In this document: piece by piece, positions 7,249 to 15,726 of the stretch
How positions within the stretch are numbered: position 1 is the first letter of the stretch
How the letters are laid out: each line of letters starts with the position of its first letter
From: an archaeon
Lineage (GTDB): Archaea; Iainarchaeota; Iainarchaeia; Iainarchaeales; VGJJ01
DNA length: 46,167 nucleotides
Reading direction: 5' to 3'
Assembly: GCA_038046225.1 (NCBI GenBank)
Contig: JBBSWQ010000104.1
Location: forward strand, 1-46,167
Program-made: the position numbers and the translations under genes
Notes under the pieces: generated by a model
Database searches by the model: none
Told to the model about the DNA's origin: nothing
Seen by the model: only the letters and a program-made list of their open reading frames with translations

Positions 7249-10200
7249 TCAGGCGCTCTTGAGGAACCCGTGCGTGGGTTCGTATATTTCCCCGGCTTTT
7301 TTGAGTTTGGTGATGAGGTCCCTCACTTTCTCTTCCTCAATTCCCCTGGATAGGGCTTCGGCGACTACATCCTGGATGGGTACCTTGTCCATCTCCTTGC
7401 TCTTGGATTTGATTATTTCCGTGATAGTTCGCATGTGGTCGCGCGAGGATTGCGTCTGTCCGCTTGTGATGATGTCGATATCGATGCGTCCCGTCTCGGG
7501 GTCCTTGACCACGTCCTCCAATGAGCTTTTCACCAATCGTATGGCGCGTTCTGCATCTTCCGTCGTCACTTCGTCGCTCAACCGGACGCGAGCCGATGCC
7601 TCGGCCAGGCGAACGAGTCCTTCCAATTGCCTCGCGGTGGCTGAATAACTTCCGGCTTGCCTTCCCTGGTCGCGCAACCCCACATAGAATTCTTGGAGCT
7701 GGGCCACTGCCTCGTGAGAGAGGATGGGGAATACTCGCTGGCGGGCGTAGGAGATGTATTTCCGCAATAGTTCCGCATCGATGGCGGGGGCGATCTTGTC
7801 CTGGATGGATTGTATCTCCTGCGTGTTGATCTGCTTGTTCCCGCGATTCATTTGGAGCAATTGTTCTCCCGCTCGGTGCGTGGCGAGGATGTGGGCGGCG
7901 ATGGTTTCGTCCTTTTTCCGGTCCAGCGTGTCCCGGATCATGAAGAATAAATCGAATCGCGAGATGAGGGAGGCGGGGAGGTCGATTTGTTCGAAGAATG
8001 GCTTGTAGTTGTCGAACCGTGATAGTTTGGGGTTTGCGGCCGCCAATACGGAGGTGTCGGTCTTGAACCGGGTCACCATTCCCGCTTTCGCCACGCTCAC
8101 CTGTCCCTGTTCCATGGCCTCGTGCATCGCGGATCGGTCCTCGGGTTCCATCTTGTCGAATTCGTCCACCATGACCATTCCTCCGGACGCTAACACGAGT
8201 GCGCCGGCCTTGAGGGTCCATCCTCCTTCTCCGAAGTCGTCTTTCACTGCGCTAGCCGTGTTGTGGACGTAGAATCCATTGGCGATGAAGTTGTGGCTTC
8301 CCGAAACGGTCATATCATACACGTAGGGGTAGTTGGGAGCGAATTCTTCTTTTCGTTTGATTTGATCCCACAGGATGTTGGCGTTGCTTAGCTTTTGGAG
8401 AAAACTATCCTCTTCATTTTTCATGAGCTCTTTCAATTTTGTGCAGGAGATGCGCGTCTTTCCTTTCTTGTATTTGACATCGGCTTTCGTTTCCTGCAAT
8501 GCCTCTGTTATTTCGGGGACGAAATCGATATTAGTCCTTTCTTCATGAATGCTTTGGATGATGGCGTCCAGCGTCTTCTGTTTTCGTTCGAGTCCGAATC
8601 CTATTTTTTCCCTGAATAGTTGGAGGTTTCTTTTTCCATAGATTTCGATGCAGTACTGGTCGTTTCGGCTGATGACGGTTATTTTTCTTCCGATGGCGAT
8701 GTTTCCTGCTCGCTTCCTGAATCGTTTTTTGGCGATTATTCCGAATTTGAGGAGAGATAGGTGGATCGTCTTGGCAAGGGATGGGCTGATTGAACTGATG
8801 CTGACATTCTTTCCGCCTGTTTTTGAATCATCCGCGCATCCATCTGTATCGAATAACCCTTGCAAAAGGTTTCGCAGAATCGGATTGGGCATCTCGGTGG
8901 CCATGTGCGATAATGTATTTTCTTTTTTCTCCGGCCGCATTCCATAGGCGTGAAGAATTTTTCCTAGAATGCGTGAACTCATTCGAAGGGAGGGGACTCT
9001 TTCTTCGCTTTTTTCCCTTTCGGGGATTATCCCGAACGTGTCACGCAATATTTGAGTGCATCGTTCGAGTATCTGCGGGTCGTTTCCACAGAGGCGGATG
9101 GTGGTTCGATCATCGCTATCTTCCATGCATCCGTCTCCCATGATGGCCCCAACCAGATACGCGACATCCGGATCATCCAGGTAGGGGGGGATGCGATTGG
9201 TGATGCCATGCCGGATGAACAGAGTCGTTATCCGTTGGGCGATTTGATCATCCGAATATCCGGCCTCGCGTGCCAATCCCACTACTTTTTGCAGTTCCCA
9301 TCCATGATAAAATTTAGGATTCTGGATGGCATAAATAGTGTCTCGGCTCTTTCCTACCTTTTGGGCAATAGCTTGTTTGCTGCCATACTTTGGGACGAGT
9401 TTCTCAATCATTTCCTTCATCCATCCCGCCAATGGGTCCCCAATTTTGATGTGGGGATCGTTCAATAGTGCGGTGAATGTGGGGATATTTTTCCGTTTCC
9501 CTTCGGGCAAAAACCGCGGAACGGCAACGTAGTCTCCATGTTGCAGCTCGCTGGCTTCAATCCACTCGGTTTTGCTGTTTTTGAGTCGGATGAGTGAAGT
9601 AGCGGGGGTCAGGTCCAGCTCCCTTCCGGTTCGCGTGATTAATTTTACCATCGTAGGGGGGGCGTTTATCCTCCATATTTTTTCAATCGGTTGGATCGCA
9701 AAATCCAACTGTCCGGTGAGTGCATCTGTCTTTCCATTGAATTCATTGCTGAATGCTCCCGGCAACTCTTCCCGTTTCGCGTCATTATCGAATTTTGCTT
9801 CAACAAACTCCTGGATGGTCTTGAATCCATCATCATTCAGGATCAATGAATCGGGTGCCACGCACAATCCGGCACTCGAGCTCCCCTTACCACTCACATA
9901 CACGCTCTTTGGCGCAATCTTGTCGGTGGCGTGCAGGAGCATAGAGTTGTGGGAGTATATTCCATTGGAAATGAAGTTGTGCGTGCCCTCGATCTCCATA
10001 TCATACACGTATTCCTCGACCGGGATTTCCTCTACCTTTTTCACTTGGTCCCAGAAAATATCCGAGATGGCCATTTTCATGAGGTTGGTGATGTCGTGCC
10101 GGAGTTGGACGTCCTCGTATCCATTTTCGTTATAGCGGTTCATGAATCCTGCCGCGATGAGATAGAGATTCCCTCGCGTGGGATTCCTATCTCCGCGTTC

Positions 10201-12435
10201 GTAGTGTTGGTAGGTCGTTCGAGGCATCTCCATTTGGAATTGGGAAAGGCCAAGAGTCTCTCGTATTCGTCTGATCTCCTCGCTCGTGCCTGGAACCACG
10301 TCTATATTCGTGTTGGGCTTGAATCCGAATAGTTGTTCGCACGCCTCTTTTTTTCGTTGGGTGATGAATCCTATTTCGTGGGCGAATTTTCGGGCAAAAT
10401 CACCTGAAATGGTCATGCGCCAATAGTCTCGTTTGATTCGTCTCCCATTCGTGGCCATTTTTCGTGTTTTTTGAGTGGTGGAGACGATTCCGAAACGCAA
10501 TAGGAGGTGGGATAATTCAATCAGGAGGCGTTCGCTCGCGGATGAGACCTCGATGGTGGATTGTTTTTTCCCATTGGAACGGACGGCCTGGACGTGCCCT
10601 TCCCCTTCGATGAATGCTTGGATGAATCCCTTGATGGTCACGAGGTCGCTCTTTTGGATGATGGCTGGAATCGTCCTCTGGCGGGAGTAGTTCAACAGTT
10701 CCGGGGTGTTGGTTTGGAGGAATCGGTAGAGCTCCACGCTGGGCAGGTCGCACGTGGCGGTTATTCCTTTCATCCGTTCTGAAAAGTGCAATCCAAAAAG
10801 ATCGTCCGATACTTTTCGGAACAATTCGATATTTTCATGGTCCGAGTTGGTGAATATCAGTCCGGTCGAGTTATCATGCGCGCGTGCATTTCCTTCTCCA
10901 AGGAGCAATCCGATGAATTGGCCGAATTGGAAGGAGGTCTTCTCCGGAAAACGGATATGCACCGCATTCGTCTTTCCTCTCCCGACCGGGTGCAGGGGCT
11001 GGGGGGTGCCGTGCACCGTGATGGATCGGGGGGTTGCGATAAAATCCCCTGCTTTCAATGATTCGGCCGGTGTGGCATCGGCTTTGGCCCGGTGGGCTTT
11101 GAATAATGGGTGCGTGTGCGTGCACTTGATTGTTTTCCCTGTTTGGGTCGTGACCCGGACCATTTTTTCGGGGACTCGTTTAGAGGCGGCTACGGCCTTT
11201 CCTACAATTTGTTTGATATCCCCATTCAGGATGGGCATTGGGGTCACCTGCTGCATGACGGCCATCATTCCGTCGGATAATTTTTCGGAGTTCTGGGAGA
11301 GGTGCTTCTCCACTAGGATGGAAATGGGGGACAATTCTCCACTGCAGAGGGGAACCAAGGCATCGCCTGAGACGCATTTTCCTGTTCCCGGGTCCCCCAC
11401 CAGGAGCACGTGGATGTTTCCCCGGATCCGTGTGTCGTCGGGGAGGTTTTTCCGCACGCCTCCGAACAATTGGAGGGAGATGGATTCCTTGGCGAGTTCG
11501 TGTCCGTGGATGGAGGGGGCGATGGATTGGATCAGGTATTCGTAGATGCGTGGGTTATTGGATAATTCCTTGATCTTCGTCTCGTCCTCTTCGTTGATGG
11601 AAACGTCCTCGAATTCCTTTTCGGTCTCTTCGAGGTGGATGGCTTCTAGGTATCGTCCGTATACGTTCTTCTTGTCCTTGTTGGGGGGGTATAGCCGGAG
11701 GACTCCCGTGATCATGGTCCGGTTTCCCGGATATACTTTGTTCACGAAATCGTCTTCGATGTACACGTCCAGGTTGACGGCCTGTTCGCTCCCTTTGAGG
11801 CTCTCTAAGGGTTCCTGTATCTGTATTTTTTGGTAGTCCGTGAATGCACTCCCCTCTGGGAGCAATTCGAAGTCCTTGTGCTTGCACGAGCATAGCGCGG
11901 GTTTTCGCTGCTGATGTCCTTCTTGGAGTATCTGGTATGTGTTCCCGCACCGCTTGCACCGCCAATTGGCGTTCTTGAGTTTGGGCATGACCTCCGTGAC
12001 TTGTCGAATGACTCCTTCCACGGAGATTAATCGTCCTAATTGGGCGGCGGAGATGTCCCGTACGAGCGGAGTGCGGTCCTTGGGTAGGCTCCGGAATCGC
12101 ACGTTGGGGGTGAATTGGTCCAGTTGCAATACGGATACTTCTATTTTCTGCACCGCGAGCTTGGCGGCCTCCATCAATAGGTCGGGGTGCTCCAAAAGTT
12201 CGTTGGCCAATTCGTAGTCGAACTCGTCCAAGTCGTTGAAATCCACGATTAATGAGCGTTGCTGCGGGTATTCATGGGCGAGTTTTTCGATCTGCTTTTT
12301 GTATTCCAGCGTGGAGAAGAATTCTTCGAATTTGGGGATGAAGGGATTGGCCTCTCCCTTGAGGACGGTGGAGGCAATCTCCATCTCTTCCGGTTTTTCG
12401 AACCGGGACTCATGATACTGGTTATCCCCATCCAT
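7249..12435 (-). CDS. mcm: MCM replicative helicase precursor containing two inteins (716-aa extein)
   Basis: 1728 aa. Contains a zinc motif CKRCGN...CSCKH. Walker A GDPGTGK|S is split by intein 1. SAGL|TA is split by intein 2. Walker B is VMVDEFDKM, followed by an arginine finger region and a C-terminal wHTH. Confidence 0.95.
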   Translation of the reverse strand: MDGDNQYHESRFEKPEEMEIASTVLKGEANPFIPKFEEFFSTLEYKKQIEKLAHEYPQQRSLIVDFNDLDEFDYELANELLEHPDLLMEAAKLAVQKIEVSVLQLDQFTPNVRFRSLPKDRTPLVRDISAAQLGRLISVEGVIRQVTEVMPKLKNANWRCKRCGNTYQILQEGHQQRKPALCSCKHKDFELLPEGSAFTDYQKIQIQEPLESLKGSEQAVNLDVYIEDDFVNKVYPGNRTMITGVLRLYPPNKDKKNVYGRYLEAIHLEETEKEFEDVSINEEDETKIKELSNNPRIYEYLIQSIAPSIHGHELAKESISLQLFGGVRKNLPDDTRIRGNIHVLLVGDPGTGKCVSGDALVPLCSGELSPISILVEKHLSQNSEKLSDGMMAVMQQVTPMPILNGDIKQIVGKAVAASKRVPEKMVRVTTQTGKTIKCTHTHPLFKAHRAKADATPAESLKAGDFIATPRSITVHGTPQPLHPVGRGKTNAVHIRFPEKTSFQFGQFIGLLLGEGNARAHDNSTGLIFTNSDHENIELFRKVSDDLFGLHFSERMKGITATCDLPSVELYRFLQTNTPELLNYSRQRTIPAIIQKSDLVTIKGFIQAFIEGEGHVQAVRSNGKKQSTIEVSSASERLLIELSHLLLRFGIVSTTQKTRKMATNGRRIKRDYWRMTISGDFARKFAHEIGFITQRKKEACEQLFGFKPNTNIDVVPGTSEEIRRIRETLGLSQFQMEMPRTTYQHYERGDRNPTRGNLYLIAAGFMNRYNENGYEDVQLRHDITNLMKMAISDIFWDQVKKVEEIPVEEYVYDMEIEGTHNFISNGIYSHNSMLLHATDKIAPKSVYVSGKGSSSAGLCVAPDSLILNDDGFKTIQEFVEAKFDNDAKREELPGAFSNEFNGKTDALTGQLDFAIQPIEKIWRINAPPTMVKLITRTGRELDLTPATSLIRLKNSKTEWIEASELQHGDYVAVPRFLPEGKRKNIPTFTALLNDPHIKIGDPLAGWMKEMIEKLVPKYGSKQAIAQKVGKSRDTIYAIQNPKFYHGWELQKVVGLAREAGYSDDQIAQRITTLFIRHGITNRIPPYLDDPDVAYLVGAIMGDGCMEDSDDRTTIRLCGNDPQILERCTQILRDTFGIIPEREKSEERVPSLRMSSRILGKILHAYGMRPEKKENTLSHMATEMPNPILRNLLQGLFDTDGCADDSKTGGKNVSISSISPSLAKTIHLSLLKFGIIAKKRFRKRAGNIAIGRKITVISRNDQYCIEIYGKRNLQLFREKIGFGLERKQKTLDAIIQSIHEERTNIDFVPEITEALQETKADVKYKKGKTRISCTKLKELMKNEEDSFLQKLSNANILWDQIKRKEEFAPNYPYVYDMTVSGSHNFIANGFYVHNTASAVKDDFGEGGWTLKAGALVLASGGMVMVDEFDKMEPEDRSAMHEAMEQGQVSVAKAGMVTRFKTDTSVLAAANPKLSRFDNYKPFFEQIDLPASLISRFDLFFMIRDTLDRKKDETIAAHILATHRAGEQLLQMNRGNKQINTQEIQSIQDKIAPAIDAELLRKYISYARQRVFPILSHEAVAQLQEFYVGLRDQGRQAGSYSATARQLEGLVRLAEASARVRLSDEVTTEDAERAIRLVKSSLEDVVKDPETGRIDIDIITSGQTQSSRDHMRTITEIIKSKSKEMDKVPIQDVVAEALSRGIEEEKVRDLITKLKKAGEIYEPTHGFLKSA
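8260..9864 (-). mobile_element. MCM intein 2 (535 aa, LAGLIDADG homing endonuclease) inserted at ...SAGL|TASA...
   Basis: Cys1 (TGC at 9864-9862). Block A CVAPDSLIL. LAGLIDADG motifs are YLVGAIMGDGC and LLQGLFDTDGC. Block F/G is VYDMTVSGSHNFIANGFYVHN, followed by +1 Thr. Confidence 0.8.
9946..11376 (-). mobile_element. MCM intein 1 (477 aa, LAGLIDADG homing endonuclease plus HTH) inserted in Walker A between GK and S
   Basis: Cys1 (TGC at 11376-11374). Block A CVSGDALV, block B CTHTH. LAGLIDADG motifs are FIGLLLGEGN and FIQAFIEGEGH. Block F/G is VYDMEIEGTHNFISNGIYSHN, followed by +1 Ser (9943-9945). Confidence 0.85.
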
Positions 12436-12460
12436 ACTAGTATGGCTCCGCCTCTTGTGG

Positions 12461-12468
12461 TATAAAGC
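12461..12468 (-). promoter_or_regulatory. TATA box for mcm (leaderless-type spacing)
   Basis: The minus strand reads GCGCTTTATACCAC, about 26 nt upstream of the mcm ATG at 12435. Confidence 0.45.
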
Positions 12469-12670
12469 GCTTATGGCGGCTCATCGCCAACGGATTGGGA
12501 ATACTCTATTGCTATGTTATTTTTTGGGAGATACCTCCCAACGCTTCCCTCCTACTTAATGGGCAGGGGTTGGTTTTCCGAACGTGGGGAGCCCATTAGC
12601 TCTTTGGGTTCCGAACCAAAGAAATCGAGAAATAGGAAACGGGAAGATTGTGGCTGACCACTATCCCGAT

Positions 12671-13294
12671 TCAGGCTTGCAATCCCTCGATGGCTTTCTG
12701 GTTGTGGGCGCGCATTCGCTGGATGGCATCCCGCACCATCCCAATCACTTTCTGGTTGTGCGCTATCTGTTCGTTCGATAGGGGTTTTCCTTTCTGTGCC
12801 ACGCGTAGTCTTTCATTTTTCAATACCCTGGCGAGCATCGCATAATCATTTGCATGGGCGTTGTACCATTTTTTGTAGAGTGTTATTCCTGCTGCGGTGG
12901 CAACTGTAGCGCCCGCTACCGCTCCGCGCGCCATCATCCTGTTCAGTTCATGCTCTTCACTCGAAGAGAGATTGCTGGCGTGGTTCAAGTGCATCACATC
13001 AAATACGCCTATTCCAGTTAATGCTCCAGAAATAGTACCAAATGCAATAAGAGGATCAAATCTCCATCTTCGAGATGGGTGGCTAACATTCCCATTAATC
13101 CATCGTCCTGCGTATTTTTGTATAAGATGTTCCATTTTTTCCAATCGCTTGTCCGTTTTGAGGTGCATTCCCAGCATGGCTTTTCTTCCGAGAACCCTCC
13201 TTGGTAGAGATGGTCGTACTCCACGGAATGGAGTATTCTCTTTGCCCGCGTGTCTTCGTATTCCCTGTCTGATTTTTCCTCGTATCGTTCCCAT
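12671..13294 (-). CDS. Hypothetical protein with two hydrophobic segments
   Basis: 207-aa ORF 18 nt downstream of the AbiEi-like gene. Hydrophobic stretches are PLIAFGTISGALTGIGVF and GAVAGATVATAAGITLY. The true start is uncertain. Confidence 0.35.
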   Translation of the reverse strand: MGTIRGKIRQGIRRHAGKENTPFRGVRPSLPRRVLGRKAMLGMHLKTDKRLEKMEHLIQKYAGRWINGNVSHPSRRWRFDPLIAFGTISGALTGIGVFDVMHLNHASNLSSSEEHELNRMMARGAVAGATVATAAGITLYKKWYNAHANDYAMLARVLKNERLRVAQKGKPLSNEQIAHNQKVIGMVRDAIQRMRAHNQKAIEGLQA

Positions 13295-13312
13295 GGAGTT
13301 CGCAGGGGGGGA

Positions 13313-13930
13313 CTATTTATTCTTTTCCTTGTTGTGCGGGGTTTCCGTCGCGGTTTTCATAATGTTCGCCACTTTTTTTCGTACCCCTGCGGGGGCTTTT
13401 TTCAATAGTTTTTGGAGTTTTTCCCTATCGATTTGTTTCAACAGGTTTTCGCGTGCCTCGGCGGGTATTTTTTCCCTGAAATAGATGAAATCGATGAGTG
13501 TTTTTTCAATGGTGGAGACGGGTATCCAATAGTTGTAATGCGCAATGGTCTCAAATCCATAAAAGAGCTTTCGTGAAACGTGCCTCAGGACGAAATTCGT
13601 CCCCATTATTTCACGTGTGCCCCTGCGCGTGTTTTGGGTGGTGAGTATGACGGGATTTGTGGCCTGCGTCCAGAGTCGGTGATGGGTCAGGGCATAGTGT
13701 AATCCGTAATAGAAAGGTTGGAACGCAAACCCTGCCACGATGGGGTCATCCTGCGCAGAGTAGTATCCCTTTCCCGCGGATTGTATTTTTTGTTTTTGGA
13801 TGAGCGAATGCAGGAGCAATTTCACATAGTTGGGAGAACGTTTTTGGGGTTTGAGCCATAATCGGACATCCCGTGTCGTGAATAGCGGCCACTTCTTGAA
13901 ATGTTCTACGACATCCTGCGTGGTGGTCAT
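13313..13930 (-). CDS. AbiEi-like (COG5340-type) wHTH protein, putative type IV antitoxin/transcriptional regulator
   Basis: 205 aa. N-terminal wHTH-like region (FTTRDVRLWLK...LLHSLIQKQKIQSAGKGYY). C-terminal region has YYGLHYALTHHRLWTQ...VSTIEKTLIDF, typical of AbiEi. Confidence 0.6.
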   Translation of the reverse strand: MTTTQDVVEHFKKWPLFTTRDVRLWLKPQKRSPNYVKLLLHSLIQKQKIQSAGKGYYSAQDDPIVAGFAFQPFYYGLHYALTHHRLWTQATNPVILTTQNTRRGTREIMGTNFVLRHVSRKLFYGFETIAHYNYWIPVSTIEKTLIDFIYFREKIPAEARENLLKQIDREKLQKLLKKAPAGVRKKVANIMKTATETPHNKEKNK

Positions 13931-14574
13931 GGGCCTAAAATTATTTTTAGGGCGTATACCATCTGGTCAAAGGTGGGAATTGCTCCCTGCAGGATGAGAT
14001 TCTTGAGATTTCCTTCGTCCACAGGCGTTGGGAGCGTGGATAATTGTTCGGACAATTCTTTTTTTTCACTCGTTGAGAGTGTGGCGATGGCGCTCAAGTG
14101 GTATACGTCATAGATGTCCCGAATGAGCTTTCGGTTCTGGAATGCGGAGAGTTTTTCATGGAGTAATTCTTCCGGCGAGGGAGTGAGTATGGTCAACCAT
14201 GTCCCGTCGCTTTTTTCATAGGTCGATGCCACCGGGTTTTTGTATGGGCGGAGGGCGGTTTCAAACGAGACAAGCGTCCGTTCCCTCTGGACAGCGGCAT
14301 AGATAGCATTGGTCGTTTTCCTGAACTTGGTGAGCATCGCTCCCTCCCTTCCAAGTGCCTGGGCGAATTCCTCTTGGAAACTGGTTTTGGGCGAGAGATA
14401 GAAATCCACGTCCTCCGAAAAGCGGTTTCCGCCGAAGCATCGCCAGATGGCGGTTCCGCCGTGCATGACGGCGGTGGGTTCGAGGTCATAGACGATTTTG
14501 ACTAAAACGTCTTGGAGCCCGGCCATGTCTCGGTGGAGTTGGCGTTTCAGGCGCTTATTCAGGGGGATGTCCAT
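13927..14574 (-). CDS. AbiEii/AbiGii-family nucleotidyltransferase toxin (DUF1814)
   Basis: 215 aa with the hallmark MHGGTAIWRCFGGNRFSEDVDFY. ATGA overlap with the downstream AbiEi-like gene. Confidence 0.7.
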   Translation of the reverse strand: MDIPLNKRLKRQLHRDMAGLQDVLVKIVYDLEPTAVMHGGTAIWRCFGGNRFSEDVDFYLSPKTSFQEEFAQALGREGAMLTKFRKTTNAIYAAVQRERTLVSFETALRPYKNPVASTYEKSDGTWLTILTPSPEELLHEKLSAFQNRKLIRDIYDVYHLSAIATLSTSEKKELSEQLSTLPTPVDEGNLKNLILQGAIPTFDQMVYALKIILGP

Positions 14575-14591
14575 ACTATACTAAACCTACC

Positions 14592-14605
14592 AAAATTATA
14601 TAAAA
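14592..14605 (-). promoter_or_regulatory. TATA box for the AbiEii-like gene
   Basis: The minus strand reads TTTTATATAATTTT, about 25-30 nt upstream of ATG 14574. Confidence 0.45.
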
Positions 14606-14720
14606 GACTAACTTTGGTCGATTCATGAAATCAGGCATTGGTCCTATTTCAACACATCCTGTGCGTCAGACGCCATTTTTTTGGTCGGAGCGACTTTGAT
14701 GGCGATTCTCCCTCCAAAGC

Positions 14721-14730
14721 ATTATATATT
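14721..14730 (+). promoter_or_regulatory. TATA box for the PIN-like gene
   Basis: ATTATATATT lies about 25 nt upstream of ATG 14752. Confidence 0.4.
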
Positions 14731-14751
14731 GTATTGTGCACATTGTTGTAC

Positions 14752-15258
14752 ATGATTCTTTTGATTGAGGATTCGATGGTATTAATCCATTTGGCGAAAC
14801 TTTCCTTACTTGAGTTGAGTTGTGCTCATTTTGGAAATGTGGTGATTTCTGAAATGGTTCTGGACGAAACGGTCACGACTGGAAAAGAAAAAGGGTTTCC
14901 TGATTCTTTTTTGATTGAGGAAATGGTGCACAAAAAGAAAGTTCGCGTTGAGAAAGTTATCAATAAAGAATTGATCGAGCGCGTGAATCAGTTTAACGTT
15001 TATGGCGGAGAGGCCGAATCGGTTGCTCTGTATTGGCAGGAAAAAGCCGATTTGTTGGCATGCGACGACGATAACGTCCGATCCAAGAAGGATGTGTTAG
15101 GGCTTTCATTGATTGGGACGCCTGTCATCATTCTCCAGCTATTTCGAAATAAGTTGATTTCTGGAGAAGCAGTGATTGAGTCTGTTTCAAAACTTCGAAA
15201 AATTGGTTGGTTTCATTCTGAAGTATTGGATAGGGTTATTCGGGAGGTAAACAAATGA
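14752..15258 (+). CDS. PIN-like nuclease domain protein (DUF3368/COG2405 type), putative toxin
   Basis: Track ORF 14638-15258, trimmed by me to ATG 14752. Sequence runs ILLIEDSMVLIHLAK...GEAESVALY...ADLLACDDDNVRSKKDVLGLSLIGTPVIILQL. Confidence 0.6.
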   Translation: MILLIEDSMVLIHLAKLSLLELSCAHFGNVVISEMVLDETVTTGKEKGFPDSFLIEEMVHKKKVRVEKVINKELIERVNQFNVYGGEAESVALYWQEKADLLACDDDNVRSKKDVLGLSLIGTPVIILQLFRNKLISGEAVIESVSKLRKIGWFHSEVLDRVIREVNK

Positions 15259-15572
15259 GCGAAAGTCAAGCCATTGGTATCCGGGTAGAGAATGAGATGC
15301 TGAATAAAATTGATGATGTGGGCAAGGTCGAGAAAATGGATCGTTCGACTGCTATACGTATGCTGTTGGAAGTGGGGTACGCGTCCTATCTGCAACGTAA
15401 AGCCGCCGAGTGGTATAAGTCAGGTAAAGTAACTATGAGCAAAGCCGCCATGGATGCACATGTATCCATTTGGGAGATGGAACAGTATTTGGTTCGTCAT
15501 GGGTACAAGTCATCCTATTCTGTCGATGATTTGCGACACGAGATGAGGCTGTTTTCAAAAACAAAAAAATGA
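15255..15572 (+). CDS. RHH (CopG-like) plus UPF0175-like domain protein, putative antitoxin
   Basis: 105 aa. N-terminal IGIRVENEMLNKID...DRSTAIRMLLEVG has an RHH pattern. C-terminal YKSGKVTMSKAAMDAHVSIWEMEQYLVRHG has a UPF0175 pattern. ATGA overlap with the PIN gene. Confidence 0.55.
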   Translation: MSESQAIGIRVENEMLNKIDDVGKVEKMDRSTAIRMLLEVGYASYLQRKAAEWYKSGKVTMSKAAMDAHVSIWEMEQYLVRHGYKSSYSVDDLRHEMRLFSKTKK

Positions 15573-15726
15573 GGAAATGTCGGGATAAGGGTGGGGATGC
15601 AATTCCCTCGGCCCTATTCTGGGCAATCCATTTTCCTTGTGGGATTAATCATTTTTTTGCTCGCGTTTGGTGGAAACCGTTCGTGCACGGCTCATCGTTA
15701 AAAGCCCCTCCCTGTCCTTTCATTCC

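Noticed and set aside
7337-8221. 294-aa alternative-frame ORF (and several others at 6824-7648, 10754-11545 and 9572-10135) inside or opposite mcm and the SPP gene
   Set aside because: They lie within or antisense to strongly supported genes, have Arg/Pro/Gly-biased composition, and carry no motifs.
12443-12454. 12-nt motif TGGCTCCGCCTC next to TATA boxes at both 12443-12454 (mcm promoter) and 42334-42345
   Set aside because: Its orientation and position relative to the TATA box differ between the two sites. Hundreds of 12-mer coincidences are expected by chance in 2 x 46 kb.
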